Positions 11,761 through 21,006 of a DNA stretch of 64,000 nt are shown here, in pieces; position 1 is the stretch's first letter; every line of letters begins with the position of its first letter. The stretch spans positions 19,251 through 83,250 of the forward strand of contig JAIELK010000026.1 in assembly GCA_019753175.1 (NCBI GenBank). The letters are read 5' to 3'. Made by a program: the position numbers and the translations under genes. The notes below the pieces were generated by a model. That model had not been told where the DNA came from, made no database searches, and saw nothing but the letters and a program-made list of their open reading frames with translations. This DNA is from Hyphomonadaceae bacterium (GTDB lineage Bacteria > Pseudomonadota > Alphaproteobacteria > Caulobacterales > Aquidulcibacteraceae).

Positions 11761-12428
11761 GCCACGCCCTCCCCCGGCGGTAGACCGCCAGCCTGGGTCG
11801 CGGCGGGTGCGAGCCGCCGGATTGTGATCGCGGCGCGGCAAGCCTGGGCGGTCGCTTGCGCGAGCAGGCCCGCCGCAAAGACTGGAATGGCGGTCTTCAA
11901 CAGGAAGATAAGGGGCAGACCATCCGTCTCGGGGCTGCCTTCGCCGATTCGCCACGCCAGTTCGACCACCGGGCCGGCGGCGAACAGCAGCATCACAAGA
12001 ACGGGGGCGGCGAACAGCGCATAGCCCAGAAGATTGATCACGGCCTTGCCGCGCTCATCGAGCGATCCATAGAAAATATCGACTCGCACATGCGCATCGC
12101 GCAGAAGCGCTGCGGGCGCGGCGAGCAGGAAGCCCAGCGCATGGGCGTAGAGCACGCCTTCGGCGAGCTTGGTGAAGCTCTGGCCGAACGCATAGCGCAG
12201 CACCACCGTCGCGAGCATCCCGAACGCCATCGCAAGCAGGCACCAGCGGGCGAAAGTCTCAAAGGCGAGGGAGACGCGATCGATGATATCGATCGCTGGC
12301 CGTGCGACGCGCGCCGCATCCTCCCCCAGCGCCAGGATCAGAATGGGCAGCAGCAAAAAGGGCGCGAGCGCAAAGCCCATGACGGTGAAAAAGACGCCGA
12401 GCGGCTGTCCGATATCGTAGGGCGTCAT
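11757..12428 (-). CDS. dctQ: TRAP transporter small permease (DctQ-type)
   Basis: 224 aa from ATG at 12428 (MTPYDIGQPLGVFFTVMGF...) with four hydrophobic segments. It lies between dctP and dctM. Confidence 0.8.
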   Translation of the reverse strand: MTPYDIGQPLGVFFTVMGFALAPFLLLPILILALGEDAARVARPAIDIIDRVSLAFETFARWCLLAMAFGMLATVVLRYAFGQSFTKLAEGVLYAHALGFLLAAPAALLRDAHVRVDIFYGSLDERGKAVINLLGYALFAAPVLVMLLFAAGPVVELAWRIGEGSPETDGLPLIFLLKTAIPVFAAGLLAQATAQACRAAITIRRLAPAATQAGGLPPGEGVA

Positions 12429-12432
12429 CCGG

Positions 12433-13578
12433 TCAATCTTGTCCGAGCGCGGTTTGGCGCAATGCGTAGTACCGGCCCTCGACGCCCTCGGTCCAGGGCC
12501 GCAGCGTCCCCATTGCGTTGGTGAAGCTTTCGTAGATGCGCCTGCCGAGCGCGTCGCTGGCGCCAGCTTCGGCCCAGATCTCACGCGAGATGTTGGCCGC
12601 GGCCGCCATGATGTCGTTCGGGAAAGGACGGATGCGGATGCCGTGGTCGCGCGCAAGAACACCGAGCGCCTCGGCGTTGCGCCAAGTGAACTCGCCGATC
12701 GACCAGTCATTCACCGCCCGGCAGGATGCCCGCAGGATGCCCTGATGCTCTGCGGACAGGCCCTCGAACACCCGCTTGTTGACGCCGAGTGCAAGCATCG
12801 CGCCGGGCTCGTGTATGCCCGGCCCGTAATAGAACGGCGCCTCGCGATAGAAACCCAAGCCAAGATCGTTCCAGGGTCCGACAAACTCCGCTGCATCGAT
12901 CACGCCGGACTGCAAGGATTGGAAGATCTCGCCGCCGGGTATCGCAACCGCGGCGCCGCCGAGGCGGCGGATCAATTCGCCGCCAATGCCAGGAATGCGC
13001 ATCTTCAGGCCGCGAAAATCGGACAGGCTTCGCAATTCGCGTTTGAACCAACCGCCCGTCTGGTGACACGAATTGGCCGCCGCCATCGGCACGATGCCGA
13101 ACTGGGCGCCAAGCTCTTCCCACAATTGGCGGCCGCCGCCGTAATCGATCCAGGCTAGCTGTTCCATTGCCGTCATCCCGAACGGCACGGCAGTGAAGAA
13201 GGGATAGGCAGCGTGCTTGCCCTGCCAATAATAGTCCGCCGCGTGATACATGTCGGCCGCGCCTGTCGCGACAGCGTCGAAAACTTCGAAGGCGCCGACC
13301 AACTCGCCAGCCGCGTAGACCTTGATGTCGAGCGTGCCGCCGGAGAGTTCGGCCGCTGTCGCCGCCACGCGCTCGGCCGCTTCGCCAAGACCGGGCATGT
13401 TCTTGGGCCAGGAGGTCACCATGTTTAGCCGCAGCGCCGCGCCGGTCGCGGCCGCCCGTGCTCTCGGACCCGCCACGCGCTGTGTCCCCGCGCCCGCGAC
13501 CTGGGTATAGCCGAACCCGGCCCCAATGCCCGCCGCAGCACCCACCGCTACGCTCGTCAACAAAGTGCGCCGATCCAT
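12433..13578 (-). CDS. dctP: TRAP transporter solute-binding protein (TakP/COG4663-like) with twin-arginine signal
   Basis: MDRRTLLTSVAVGAAAGIG is a Tat-type leader. The mature part (LNMVTSWPKN...YHAADYYWQGK...GGWFKRE...) resembles the TakP-like DctP subfamily. Confidence 0.88.
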   Translation of the reverse strand: MDRRTLLTSVAVGAAAGIGAGFGYTQVAGAGTQRVAGPRARAAATGAALRLNMVTSWPKNMPGLGEAAERVAATAAELSGGTLDIKVYAAGELVGAFEVFDAVATGAADMYHAADYYWQGKHAAYPFFTAVPFGMTAMEQLAWIDYGGGRQLWEELGAQFGIVPMAAANSCHQTGGWFKRELRSLSDFRGLKMRIPGIGGELIRRLGGAAVAIPGGEIFQSLQSGVIDAAEFVGPWNDLGLGFYREAPFYYGPGIHEPGAMLALGVNKRVFEGLSAEHQGILRASCRAVNDWSIGEFTWRNAEALGVLARDHGIRIRPFPNDIMAAAANISREIWAEAGASDALGRRIYESFTNAMGTLRPWTEGVEGRYYALRQTALGQD

Positions 13579-13732
13579 CGCTGCCGCCACCCTTCCCGAA
13601 ACTGCTCAGCGCTCATTTAGCGCGCTTTGGCGCGGACGCCCAAGGAGTTAGGACGCGGTGTGCGATTACAGGGCTAAATTGTCGCCGTGGAGCGTGGGCG
13701 GGGCGGTCAAGTCACCGCATGTTCGCGGGAAG

Positions 13733-13809
13733 TGGTCGGGGCGGCGGGATTCGAACTCGCGACCCTTAGCTCCCAAAGCTAATGCTCTACCAGGCTGAGC
13801 TACACCCCG
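13733..13809 (-). tRNA. tRNA-Pro (anticodon UGG)
   Basis: The reverse complement is CGGGGTGTAGCTCAGCCTGGTAGAGCATTAGCTTTGGGAGCTAAGGGTCGCGAGTTCGAATCCCGCCGCCCCGACCA. The anticodon loop is TTTGGGA and CCA is encoded. There is one A-C mismatch in the T-stem. Confidence 0.9.
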
Positions 13810-13923
13810 ACGAGGGCGCTCCTGTTGCCACGGGCCGCGTCGGTCCGCAACGAGGAATTGCTCGATTGTCGAAATGGTTCAGGCTGTGTTTACTGCGGCT
13901 GCTTTTGAGGCCAGCGGCTGGCG

Positions 13924-14907
13924 ATGCAAGCATCCGATGTTCTCTCCGAGTCGGGAAAAAACTTGCAGGACCTCGCTTCCAAGCCTTGGCAATCCGACAC
14001 TCTGGCGCCCCCAGAGGAGATTTTCGCGGCCAAGGGTATGATCGGGCCCGAGGAGCGACGCTGCTACTTTTGGCTCGGGAAAAACTGGCTTTCGGGCCAG
14101 GGCTGCATCGTCGATGCTGGCGCCTTTGTCGGCGCGTCAACGCTTTGCTTTGCCTCGGGCGCGGCGACCGGCGGTCGCCGCGATTTCAAGGGCGAACCTC
14201 TGGTGCACGCTTACGACTACTTCAAAGTCGTCGACAAGTATGTGGGGGAGTCGATTTCCCGCGACTTCCACCCCATCGAGGAGGGCGAAAGCTATCTAGA
14301 GATTTTCGCAGCGCAGGTCGGTCCGTACATAGATATGATCCGCGCCTATCCCGGCGACTTCCTTACACATCGCTGGCGCGGCCTTCCTATAGAAATCCTG
14401 TTCATCGATATCGCCAAGACCGCAGAACTTTGTGCGCATGCCATCCGCGAGTTCTTTCCGTGCCTGATACCCGGGCGGTCTGTGGTCGTGCACCAGGATT
14501 ACTTCCACTGCTGGCACCCTTACATCCATGTCGGCATGCAATACCTAGACGACGAGTTTACACTTGTAGACGAGCTGGTGCCTTATCAGAGCCGCGTTTG
14601 GCGCCTCGCCAAGCCCATCCCGGCCGACAAGATCGCGCGGCTCGCGGCTTACGATTTCAGCATGGATGATCGCATCGCATTGCTCGATCGGTTGATCGAG
14701 AGTTCTTCGCCTACGAGCCGGCCGATGAACGAAGTGGTCCGTTTTTGGCAGATGTGCCTGGATGGCTCCCGCGAACAGGCGATGCGCGAGTTCGAACGCC
14801 TAGACGGCGTGTATGGGTTCAAGAACAGATACGAGCTCTGGGCGAGGCAGGCGCTGCAAGTCAGAGCAACGCTTACGAGCGACGATCGGGGGGAGAGCTA
14901 TGGCTGA
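13924..14907 (+). CDS. putative class I SAM-dependent methyltransferase (Methyltransf_24/TylF-like)
   Basis: 327 aa. It has a motif I-like GCIVDAGAFVGAST and a later acidic block ILFIDIAK. It is the first gene of the island. Confidence 0.6.
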   Translation: MQASDVLSESGKNLQDLASKPWQSDTLAPPEEIFAAKGMIGPEERRCYFWLGKNWLSGQGCIVDAGAFVGASTLCFASGAATGGRRDFKGEPLVHAYDYFKVVDKYVGESISRDFHPIEEGESYLEIFAAQVGPYIDMIRAYPGDFLTHRWRGLPIEILFIDIAKTAELCAHAIREFFPCLIPGRSVVVHQDYFHCWHPYIHVGMQYLDDEFTLVDELVPYQSRVWRLAKPIPADKIARLAAYDFSMDDRIALLDRLIESSSPTSRPMNEVVRFWQMCLDGSREQAMREFERLDGVYGFKNRYELWARQALQVRATLTSDDRGESYG

Positions 14908-14912
14908 GATCA

Positions 14913-15191
14913 ATGCGCACGTTGATCTGGAGAACGCGCGCGCTGTCTTTAGATTTTTTCGATCTTCACAGGAAAGAACTGACCCAGGCAACGTGGGCCG
15001 ATCCTGACATCGCGTTCGAGTTTGTCGCCGCGGGCGCTAGCGATCCACGTCTTGAAAAGGCCGTGGCTCTCATGCAGCGATTTTGGAGCACAATTGACCG
15101 TCGGCCGCCCCTCAAGGCCTGGAGAGATTGCGTTATGATCGCAAGGGATCCGAAGAGCTACCTCGTCCGCGCCGGGTCCTGGACCGGTTGA
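14913..15191 (+). CDS. hypothetical small protein (start and frame uncertain)
   Basis: 92-aa reading from ATG 14913. An alternative ATG at 14900 has a much better Shine-Dalgarno (GGGGGAGAG) but is in another frame, which stops at 15007. The two frames meet at a T6 run (14952-14957). Confidence 0.3.
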   Translation: MRTLIWRTRALSLDFFDLHRKELTQATWADPDIAFEFVAAGASDPRLEKAVALMQRFWSTIDRRPPLKAWRDCVMIARDPKSYLVRAGSWTG

Positions 15192-15302
15192 TCAGCGGTG
15201 CGTTCTCTTCAAGCAATGGGTGAGCCGCCGTGCGACTATGCCCTGAAAGCTTTCGTTGACGCCGCCAGCGGGCCTGTCCTTTAGTTGCGGACGGAGGTGG
15301 GC

Positions 15303-16019
15303 ATGGGCGTGCAGGAGGATACAGCGCTGGCGGAGCCGGAGGCGCGCGGCGAGGAGGCGGCTCGCGTGGCAGGCGCGCCGGACCCGAACCTCGAGGCGCT
15401 CCGCCAAGCTGTTGCTCTACTCGTCCGCCGCCTGGACCAACTCGGTGCAGATCGAGATGAGACCGCGTTCGCAATCGCGCAATCGGCAATGGCGAGGCTC
15501 ACACGGATAGAAGAAGACCACGGGAGACTGGAAGATCGATTGGCTTCTGTTGAGCGTCAGCTGCGCAATATCAAGTCGGCGGGTCAGGAGTTCTGGCGCT
15601 CCGAGGCGCTTTCATACCTGGCCGCTACAAGCGGCAATTGGACCTACGAAGCAACCGAACCAAACCTCTACTTTGAAGATCTGTTCGACGTTGACGTACC
15701 GCGGGGGCAGAAGCCAAGACGCTGGGTCGGCCGTAGCGGAAAGCTCTCCGGAGAACTCCTGTTCAATCGCACGCGTCCCGCGCGGCTTGGCGTTCAAGTG
15801 GCGGCGTTTGCACTTCCGAGCATTGCCGATACGCTGCAGCTCTCCATCGATGGCGAGCGCGTCGCTTGGGAGAGCACCCATAACAGATTGTATGTAGCGG
15901 TGGTGCCGCCGGCGAGCACACCCGGCCTGTCCTTTGAATTGTGCGTGGACATGAAGGGGGTCCCACCCGAGAAAGACGTGTCGTTCGCGTTCGAGCGAAT
16001 ATGGGTGCAGGCCGTCTGA
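15303..16019 (+). CDS. hypothetical protein with N-terminal coiled-coil-like region
   Basis: ATG 15303 is preceded by GGAGGTG. The N-terminal part is heptad-like and charged (LEALRQAVALLVRRLDQL...RIEEDHGRLEDRLASVERQLRNIK). I do not recognise the C-terminal ~130 aa. Confidence 0.55.
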   Translation: MGVQEDTALAEPEARGEEAARVAGAPDPNLEALRQAVALLVRRLDQLGADRDETAFAIAQSAMARLTRIEEDHGRLEDRLASVERQLRNIKSAGQEFWRSEALSYLAATSGNWTYEATEPNLYFEDLFDVDVPRGQKPRRWVGRSGKLSGELLFNRTRPARLGVQVAAFALPSIADTLQLSIDGERVAWESTHNRLYVAVVPPASTPGLSFELCVDMKGVPPEKDVSFAFERIWVQAV

Positions 16020-16029
16020 GGGCGCCGTC

Positions 16030-16941
16030 GTGAAGCTCAGCGTTATCATCTGCACCTGCGACAGGTACGATTTGGCATCGACGGCGGTAGCGTCCGTGGT
16101 GGCGAGCGCGGGCTTCGACAGCGCGACAATGGAAGTCGTGGTTGTCGACAACACGCCTTCTCCGCGCCGTTCGAATGTCGAATTCGATCCGGCAAGGTTG
16201 GTTGTGTGCGATGAGCTTGGCCTTTCGCGGGCCAGGAACACCGGCATTGCGGCAGCCAAAGGCGAGATTGTTGCTTTTCTGGACGACGATGCCCGAGCCC
16301 AAGACGGCTGGTGTACGGCGATTGTCTCCTCTTTTGCGCGCTTTCCAAAGGCGCAAGCCATCGGCGGCAAGACCACGCCGCACTTTGCGTCTGACGACTT
16401 GCCCAAGTGGTACTACCCGGAGTTAGCGGGCTATTACTCGTGTCTCGATTGGGGGGACGCCGCGCGCCCGCTCAACACGGGCGAGTGGATCGTCGGCGCG
16501 AACATGGCGTTCCGCGCGGCGACGCTGGCGCGCTTCAATGGGTTCGACGTGTCGCTGGGACGCAAGGGCGCCCACGGGCTGCTCAGCAACGAAGAGACGG
16601 CGCTAATGCGGGCGATCGGGCTAGACCATATCTATTACGTGCCTGAGATGCTCGCCGATCATCTCGTGCCGCACGAGCGTCTATCAGTTGCGTGGCTCCG
16701 AAAGCGGGTGTTCTGGCAGGCTGTTTCAGACGCGTTGTCCGGAGAACTTTGGACGACGCCCGCGGAAGCCGCGCGAGAGCTGCGGAATCTTGTCGCCTCC
16801 TCGCCGGCAGAGTTCAGGGGGCTGAAGCTCTTTCGGTTTGCGCCGCGTGCGCCCGCCGAGCTACGCGACCAGCTCAGAGCCATCTACTTGCAAGCCGTGC
16901 TGATGAGCGACGGCTTCGACATTGGCGAGGAGGCGCGATGA
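16030..16941 (+). CDS. family 2 glycosyltransferase
   Basis: LSVIICTCDRYD...VVVVDN...LSRARNTGIAAAKGEIVAFLDDDA is a GT-A fold with a DxD motif. The whole protein is paralogous to the C-terminal domain of the 22521-25934 protein. Confidence 0.85.
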   Translation: MKLSVIICTCDRYDLASTAVASVVASAGFDSATMEVVVVDNTPSPRRSNVEFDPARLVVCDELGLSRARNTGIAAAKGEIVAFLDDDARAQDGWCTAIVSSFARFPKAQAIGGKTTPHFASDDLPKWYYPELAGYYSCLDWGDAARPLNTGEWIVGANMAFRAATLARFNGFDVSLGRKGAHGLLSNEETALMRAIGLDHIYYVPEMLADHLVPHERLSVAWLRKRVFWQAVSDALSGELWTTPAEAARELRNLVASSPAEFRGLKLFRFAPRAPAELRDQLRAIYLQAVLMSDGFDIGEEAR

Positions 16942-18851
16942 CCGCCCGCCGAGCGCTGGTGCTGAGCCCGTTTGCTACCGTTCCCGCGGACGCAGGCCAG
17001 CGGCGCAGGGCGCTGCAAACCACGCGCCTGCTAGCGGACGCAGGCTACGACATCACCTTCGTGCTCTATGCGTTCGAGGACGGCTGGAAGGCGCGCGTCA
17101 ACGAGCACTGGCGGCGCGACTTGTTGCGGCAATGGCCTGAAACCTTGATCTGGCGCGCGGAAGGACGCGTAGGCCAACCGCCGGCGGAGGGCGAGTTCCA
17201 TCATTTGGACGAGTGGTGGGAACCGTCGTTGGAGACCTTGCTGACGAAGCTCGTCCAGTACAATGACTTCGCAGTTGTGGTGGTGCACAATGTTTGGCTG
17301 TCGCGCGCGCTCGACTTCCTGCCGAAGCGCACCGTGCGCGTGATCGACACGCACGACGTGTTTTCGCGCCGCATCGCCGCGTACCGCGCCGCTTCCCTGC
17401 AGCCGGACTTCTTCGCCATTCGCGAAGAGGCGGAGTTGTTCGGCATCGACCGCTCCGACATTGCGCTGATGATCCAGGGAGAAGAGGCCGAGTGGCTCAG
17501 TAGGAAGACAGACGCGCTGGTCGTGAACTTGCCTTACTTTGAAACTTCGCCGACGGCGCATGCGAGCAACGACTATCAATGCCCTGACAAGGTGGTGTTC
17601 GGCTTCCTTGGCTCGGCCCACCCGTTCAACCAGCATGGATTGAAGGCGTTCCTGTCAGCGCTGAAGCGCGAAGTGGGCGAACGGGATTCTCCCGTCGAGC
17701 TGTTGATCGGCGGCAAGATCTGCGAGAGCGTCGAGGGGCGTGGCCCTTGGACATTGTGCGGCTATGTCGGAGATGAAGCGGAGTTCTTCGCCAAAGTGGA
17801 CGTCGTGCTCGCGCCCGTGTTCGCCGGAAGCGGCTTTTCGGTAAAGACCTTCGATGCCATCCGCCACGGCAAGCCCTTGCTCGCCGCCGCGCACGCCGCG
17901 AAGGGCTTGGCGCTGACGCCAGAGGTTGTTGCGGAGACGCCCGCCGAGCTTGCGAAAGCCGTGGTCGATGTCGCCGAGCGGCGACCGCCGCTGGCGGCGC
18001 TGCGGCGGCCAATCGAGCGCGCGCGCATCCAGCTTCAGGTCGATTGCGAACGGGGAACGCAGACGTTCTTGCGCGCGCTCAAGCGTTTCGAGCGGGTCGT
18101 GATCTACGATTTGCGCGGTTTCAACGACAGGCGGGCGGCGGCGGTGCTGCTGTCTTGGACCGGCGCCATGCACGTGCTCAACGACATCGCACGGCAATAT
18201 GTGCTGAGCGATGCTCCGTGGGTGGCGGAGCTTGTGGCCAACGCCCCGCCCAGCGTGCATCATCTCACGCACCCCAAAGCGGATATCGTCGAACGTGCCG
18301 CGCTCGTGGTCAGCGCCGCCGCACAGGAGGGCGCGCAACCGGAAGACGCCTCGTCCCACCATGACGCGATCTGGGCGCGCGCGTTTGGATCCGCCGGCGA
18401 TGGTGTGCGTTGCGACGGGCGCGGGCTGTTCTGGCACAATTCACGCTGGGACCCGATGCTGAAGGGACTGATCGCTCAGCTTGCGCGTGACGGGCAGCCG
18501 ACATTGGCGGGAACGGTGCTGGTCTTGGCTGGCGACCGGGCCGCCCGCGTCGGGGCCGAGCTGGAGGCGCTGTTCGACGGCGCGGGCGCGGCGATCTCGC
18601 TCGATGACGAGACGACGTTCCTGGATTGCCTGGCGGCGGTTTGCCAGCGGGCGCCGAGCGTGGTGGTGCTGGAGGAGGCGACTTCGCCGCGTGCGCTGAT
18701 CCTGGCGCGGCTCTGCGTGGCGTGTTCGGTTCCGGTGCACGTGCCGCCGCCGCACAATCTGCCGAGCCAGGACCGCGCCGACCGCGCGTTCGAGACATTC
18801 TGGCGGGAAAATTTGTGGGGGGCGGCGCTTCGCGACCTTAGTGCGGTGTAA
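16938..18851 (+). CDS. GT1/GT4-like (GT-B) glycosyltransferase with ~240-aa unknown C-terminal domain
   Basis: ATG 16938 overlaps the upstream stop (ATGA). It starts ALVLSPFATVPADAGQRRR. The C-terminal Rossmann half is FGFLGSAHPFNQHG...VLAPVFAGSGFSVKTFDAIRHGKPLL. The upstream part of the 719-aa ORF overlaps the GT2 gene. Confidence 0.75.
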   Translation: MTARRALVLSPFATVPADAGQRRRALQTTRLLADAGYDITFVLYAFEDGWKARVNEHWRRDLLRQWPETLIWRAEGRVGQPPAEGEFHHLDEWWEPSLETLLTKLVQYNDFAVVVVHNVWLSRALDFLPKRTVRVIDTHDVFSRRIAAYRAASLQPDFFAIREEAELFGIDRSDIALMIQGEEAEWLSRKTDALVVNLPYFETSPTAHASNDYQCPDKVVFGFLGSAHPFNQHGLKAFLSALKREVGERDSPVELLIGGKICESVEGRGPWTLCGYVGDEAEFFAKVDVVLAPVFAGSGFSVKTFDAIRHGKPLLAAAHAAKGLALTPEVVAETPAELAKAVVDVAERRPPLAALRRPIERARIQLQVDCERGTQTFLRALKRFERVVIYDLRGFNDRRAAAVLLSWTGAMHVLNDIARQYVLSDAPWVAELVANAPPSVHHLTHPKADIVERAALVVSAAAQEGAQPEDASSHHDAIWARAFGSAGDGVRCDGRGLFWHNSRWDPMLKGLIAQLARDGQPTLAGTVLVLAGDRAARVGAELEALFDGAGAAISLDDETTFLDCLAAVCQRAPSVVVLEEATSPRALILARLCVACSVPVHVPPPHNLPSQDRADRAFETFWRENLWGAALRDLSAV

Positions 18852-18854
18852 CCC

Positions 18855-19763
18855 TCACATCCGCGCTTCAGCCGAGAGGACCGCATCAATCCATCGCGCC
18901 TGTCGATGCAACATCTCGCGCAACTCCTCTCGCCTTCCGTTCTGAACAAAGTCATATGCGTAGAAAGGCGCGAGATGTCGCGAGAATGAGTCGATATCTG
19001 CGTTGTTGGCCATCATAGCAGGCAGCCAACGTTCTCTATTGGCGGAGACGTCGGTCCCATTGGAAAAGGGTCGCCATTCATCTAGCGCAGGGCTGAGCGC
19101 CTGATAGAGGGCAATGTCTTGGTCGAAGTGTTTTGGCGCGTCAACTCGAATCGCCTCCGCTTGTTCAGTCAGGAAGTCCCCATGATCGGGTGCGCTCCAG
19201 CGCAGGTTGTCAGGGATCATTTTTTCGCCAGATAAGCCTATCAGCTCTAGCAGCCGACGTGCTGATTGTTCGAAACCAGCAAGGCTGTATATCAGATCAA
19301 ACAGGCGCGCGGCCTCGAGCGCCTTCTCCGCCAGCGATCCCTTGGCCTGTGCGTCGATCGTGGGGAACGCTCGCAGGAACTCAGCGCACATGACGTTCGT
19401 CCGCATCGAAAGAAACGCTTCTGCAGTGAGGGGAGTGCGGCCCGCCGCAATCGCCACCTTGCACATCTGGTGATATTCGCTGACCGCTTTCTCCACCGGA
19501 TCGCGAACACCTGTGAACCAGACCATGTCGCGATCGCGAAACACGCTGAAGAGCGACTCGTGCACGTAATGACCAAACACGAAGTCGACTTGTTTCCAGT
19601 CGAGGCGGCAAGGCAACTCTTGCCAGCTAAGAATTGCAGCGTCGACCGGTGCGGAGCAGATGTAGTGTTTGTGCGGCGACAAAGCGTCTGTAACAGCGTT
19701 GGCTAGGGTGGTTCCAGCGCACTTGGTGATATGCAAGCCTACAAGGACTGTCATTGATTGCAT
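18855..19763 (-). CDS. sulfotransferase-family protein
   Basis: It has a 5'-PSB-like motif GLHITKCAGTTL and a 3'-PB-like motif GVRDPVEKAVSEYHQ, with the spacing expected for PAPS-dependent sulfotransferases. An alternative start is ATG 19754. Confidence 0.75.
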   Translation of the reverse strand: MQSMTVLVGLHITKCAGTTLANAVTDALSPHKHYICSAPVDAAILSWQELPCRLDWKQVDFVFGHYVHESLFSVFRDRDMVWFTGVRDPVEKAVSEYHQMCKVAIAAGRTPLTAEAFLSMRTNVMCAEFLRAFPTIDAQAKGSLAEKALEAARLFDLIYSLAGFEQSARRLLELIGLSGEKMIPDNLRWSAPDHGDFLTEQAEAIRVDAPKHFDQDIALYQALSPALDEWRPFSNGTDVSANRERWLPAMMANNADIDSFSRHLAPFYAYDFVQNGRREELREMLHRQARWIDAVLSAEARM

Positions 19764-19808
19764 CCTGATCGCGCAACGAAGGCGCGGGGTGCTCCACGTC
19801 TGGCAATG

Positions 19809-20831
19809 CTAATCAGAGCTGAGCACCTCGCCCGCCCAAATATTCACGAAACGGTGCGCGGCGTCTTCGGTGGCGTAGTATTGTCCGATCCGAAGTTGAT
19901 CGAGTTCGGCATCGTCGAGGCGCACCGAGCGCTGGGATCGGCTATCGTACCAGCGAAACGCTTTTGTCAGTGCGACCCTGCCAGCCTTGAGTCCGTGCAC
20001 GAAGAAGCTGAATCCGGTCTCGATCGGTCCCGTCGCGCGCAGGATTGCCCAACCGTGTTTGCGGGAGAAGGCCGCTTCGACGGAGTCAGAAGCGCGCACC
20101 CACTTCACACCAGTGAAGTCGACGTTGTGAATTACGATCTCGATCTCGCGTGGGTATTTTCGGTGCGAGTTCGGCAGATCGCGGATCGTAAAGGAGTACG
20201 GAAGGTTGCCGATGATGTCGTCAAGGAACACGATACGGCCCGGATTCCAAACAACGACATGCTCGCCTTGGGTATCGAAGTTCCAACGGTGGAAGCCTGA
20301 ATAGGCGGCATTCTCCGCTTCGTTCTGGCAGACGTTGATGAAGACTTTCGCTCCAGGCTTCGCCACCCGCAGCATGTTCTGAATCGACAAAGGGGCGTCC
20401 GCACAGTGATCGAGAGCGTTCCTTGAGTGTACAAAGTGGAAGGAGTCAGCGGCAAAAAGCCTGTTCAAGTCTTCCGCCATGCCTTTGATTGCGCGATGCG
20501 GCGGCTCAACGCCATACTCTCGCATGAGGTCGCGATAGGCGTCCGCCAAGGGATCGACCCCCACGATGTTCAAAGATACGTCACCGCATTTTTTACCGAG
20601 CACAGAAAGCGGGCCACATCCCACATCGAGAACGCGCGCGCTTTCGTCACCAGCATGAGAACTTAAGAAGACCGATCGAACCGGTTCAGCGAGAGTCGAG
20701 GTGGGGCTGAGCAAATGCTCGATGTAAGGATCGCCACTTGCTTGCCGCTTCTCGAACACGCGCTTCCAATAGGCGAGTTCGTCATTCTCCATGCTCTCTT
20801 CAGCACTGAGAACTTGGGTCGAGTCAGCCAT
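19809..20831 (-). CDS. class I SAM-dependent methyltransferase with unknown C-terminal domain
   Basis: Motif I is RVLDVGCGPLSVLG, followed by IVGVDPL and FHFVHSRNALDH. Shine-Dalgarno GAAGGA lies 7 nt upstream of the ATG. Confidence 0.8.
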   Translation of the reverse strand: MADSTQVLSAEESMENDELAYWKRVFEKRQASGDPYIEHLLSPTSTLAEPVRSVFLSSHAGDESARVLDVGCGPLSVLGKKCGDVSLNIVGVDPLADAYRDLMREYGVEPPHRAIKGMAEDLNRLFAADSFHFVHSRNALDHCADAPLSIQNMLRVAKPGAKVFINVCQNEAENAAYSGFHRWNFDTQGEHVVVWNPGRIVFLDDIIGNLPYSFTIRDLPNSHRKYPREIEIVIHNVDFTGVKWVRASDSVEAAFSRKHGWAILRATGPIETGFSFFVHGLKAGRVALTKAFRWYDSRSQRSVRLDDAELDQLRIGQYYATEDAAHRFVNIWAGEVLSSD

Positions 20832-21006
20832 CGATCATCCTTCTGCACTCTCCTTAGTTGAGTGACAGCTGACTGCCTAGTCGCTCGCCGTCGCCCCTGC
20901 GTAACGCATCACCGTGGCGCGCTTATCTCAAGGCTTGCGTATGACGCGAAAGTTGCTGTTCTGTCAGCTTTGGCGCCAAGCCTCTGAGATCGCAGGTGAG
21001 AGAAAC

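Noticed and set aside
10180-11955. Long N-terminal extensions in the track ORFs for dctM (591 aa), dctQ (317 aa), the GT-B gene (719 aa from 16692), rplO, rplQ, rarA and the cupin gene.
   Set aside because: In each case the extension overlaps the upstream gene or a repeat. An internal start with a Shine-Dalgarno, or a 1-4 nt stop/start overlap, matches the expected protein N-terminus.
13782-14669. A 295-aa plus-strand ORF starting inside tRNA-Pro and overlapping the first island methyltransferase in another frame.
   Set aside because: It overlaps a tRNA gene. It has an Arg/Pro/Leu-rich shadow composition, whereas the 13924-14907 frame carries a SAM-binding motif.
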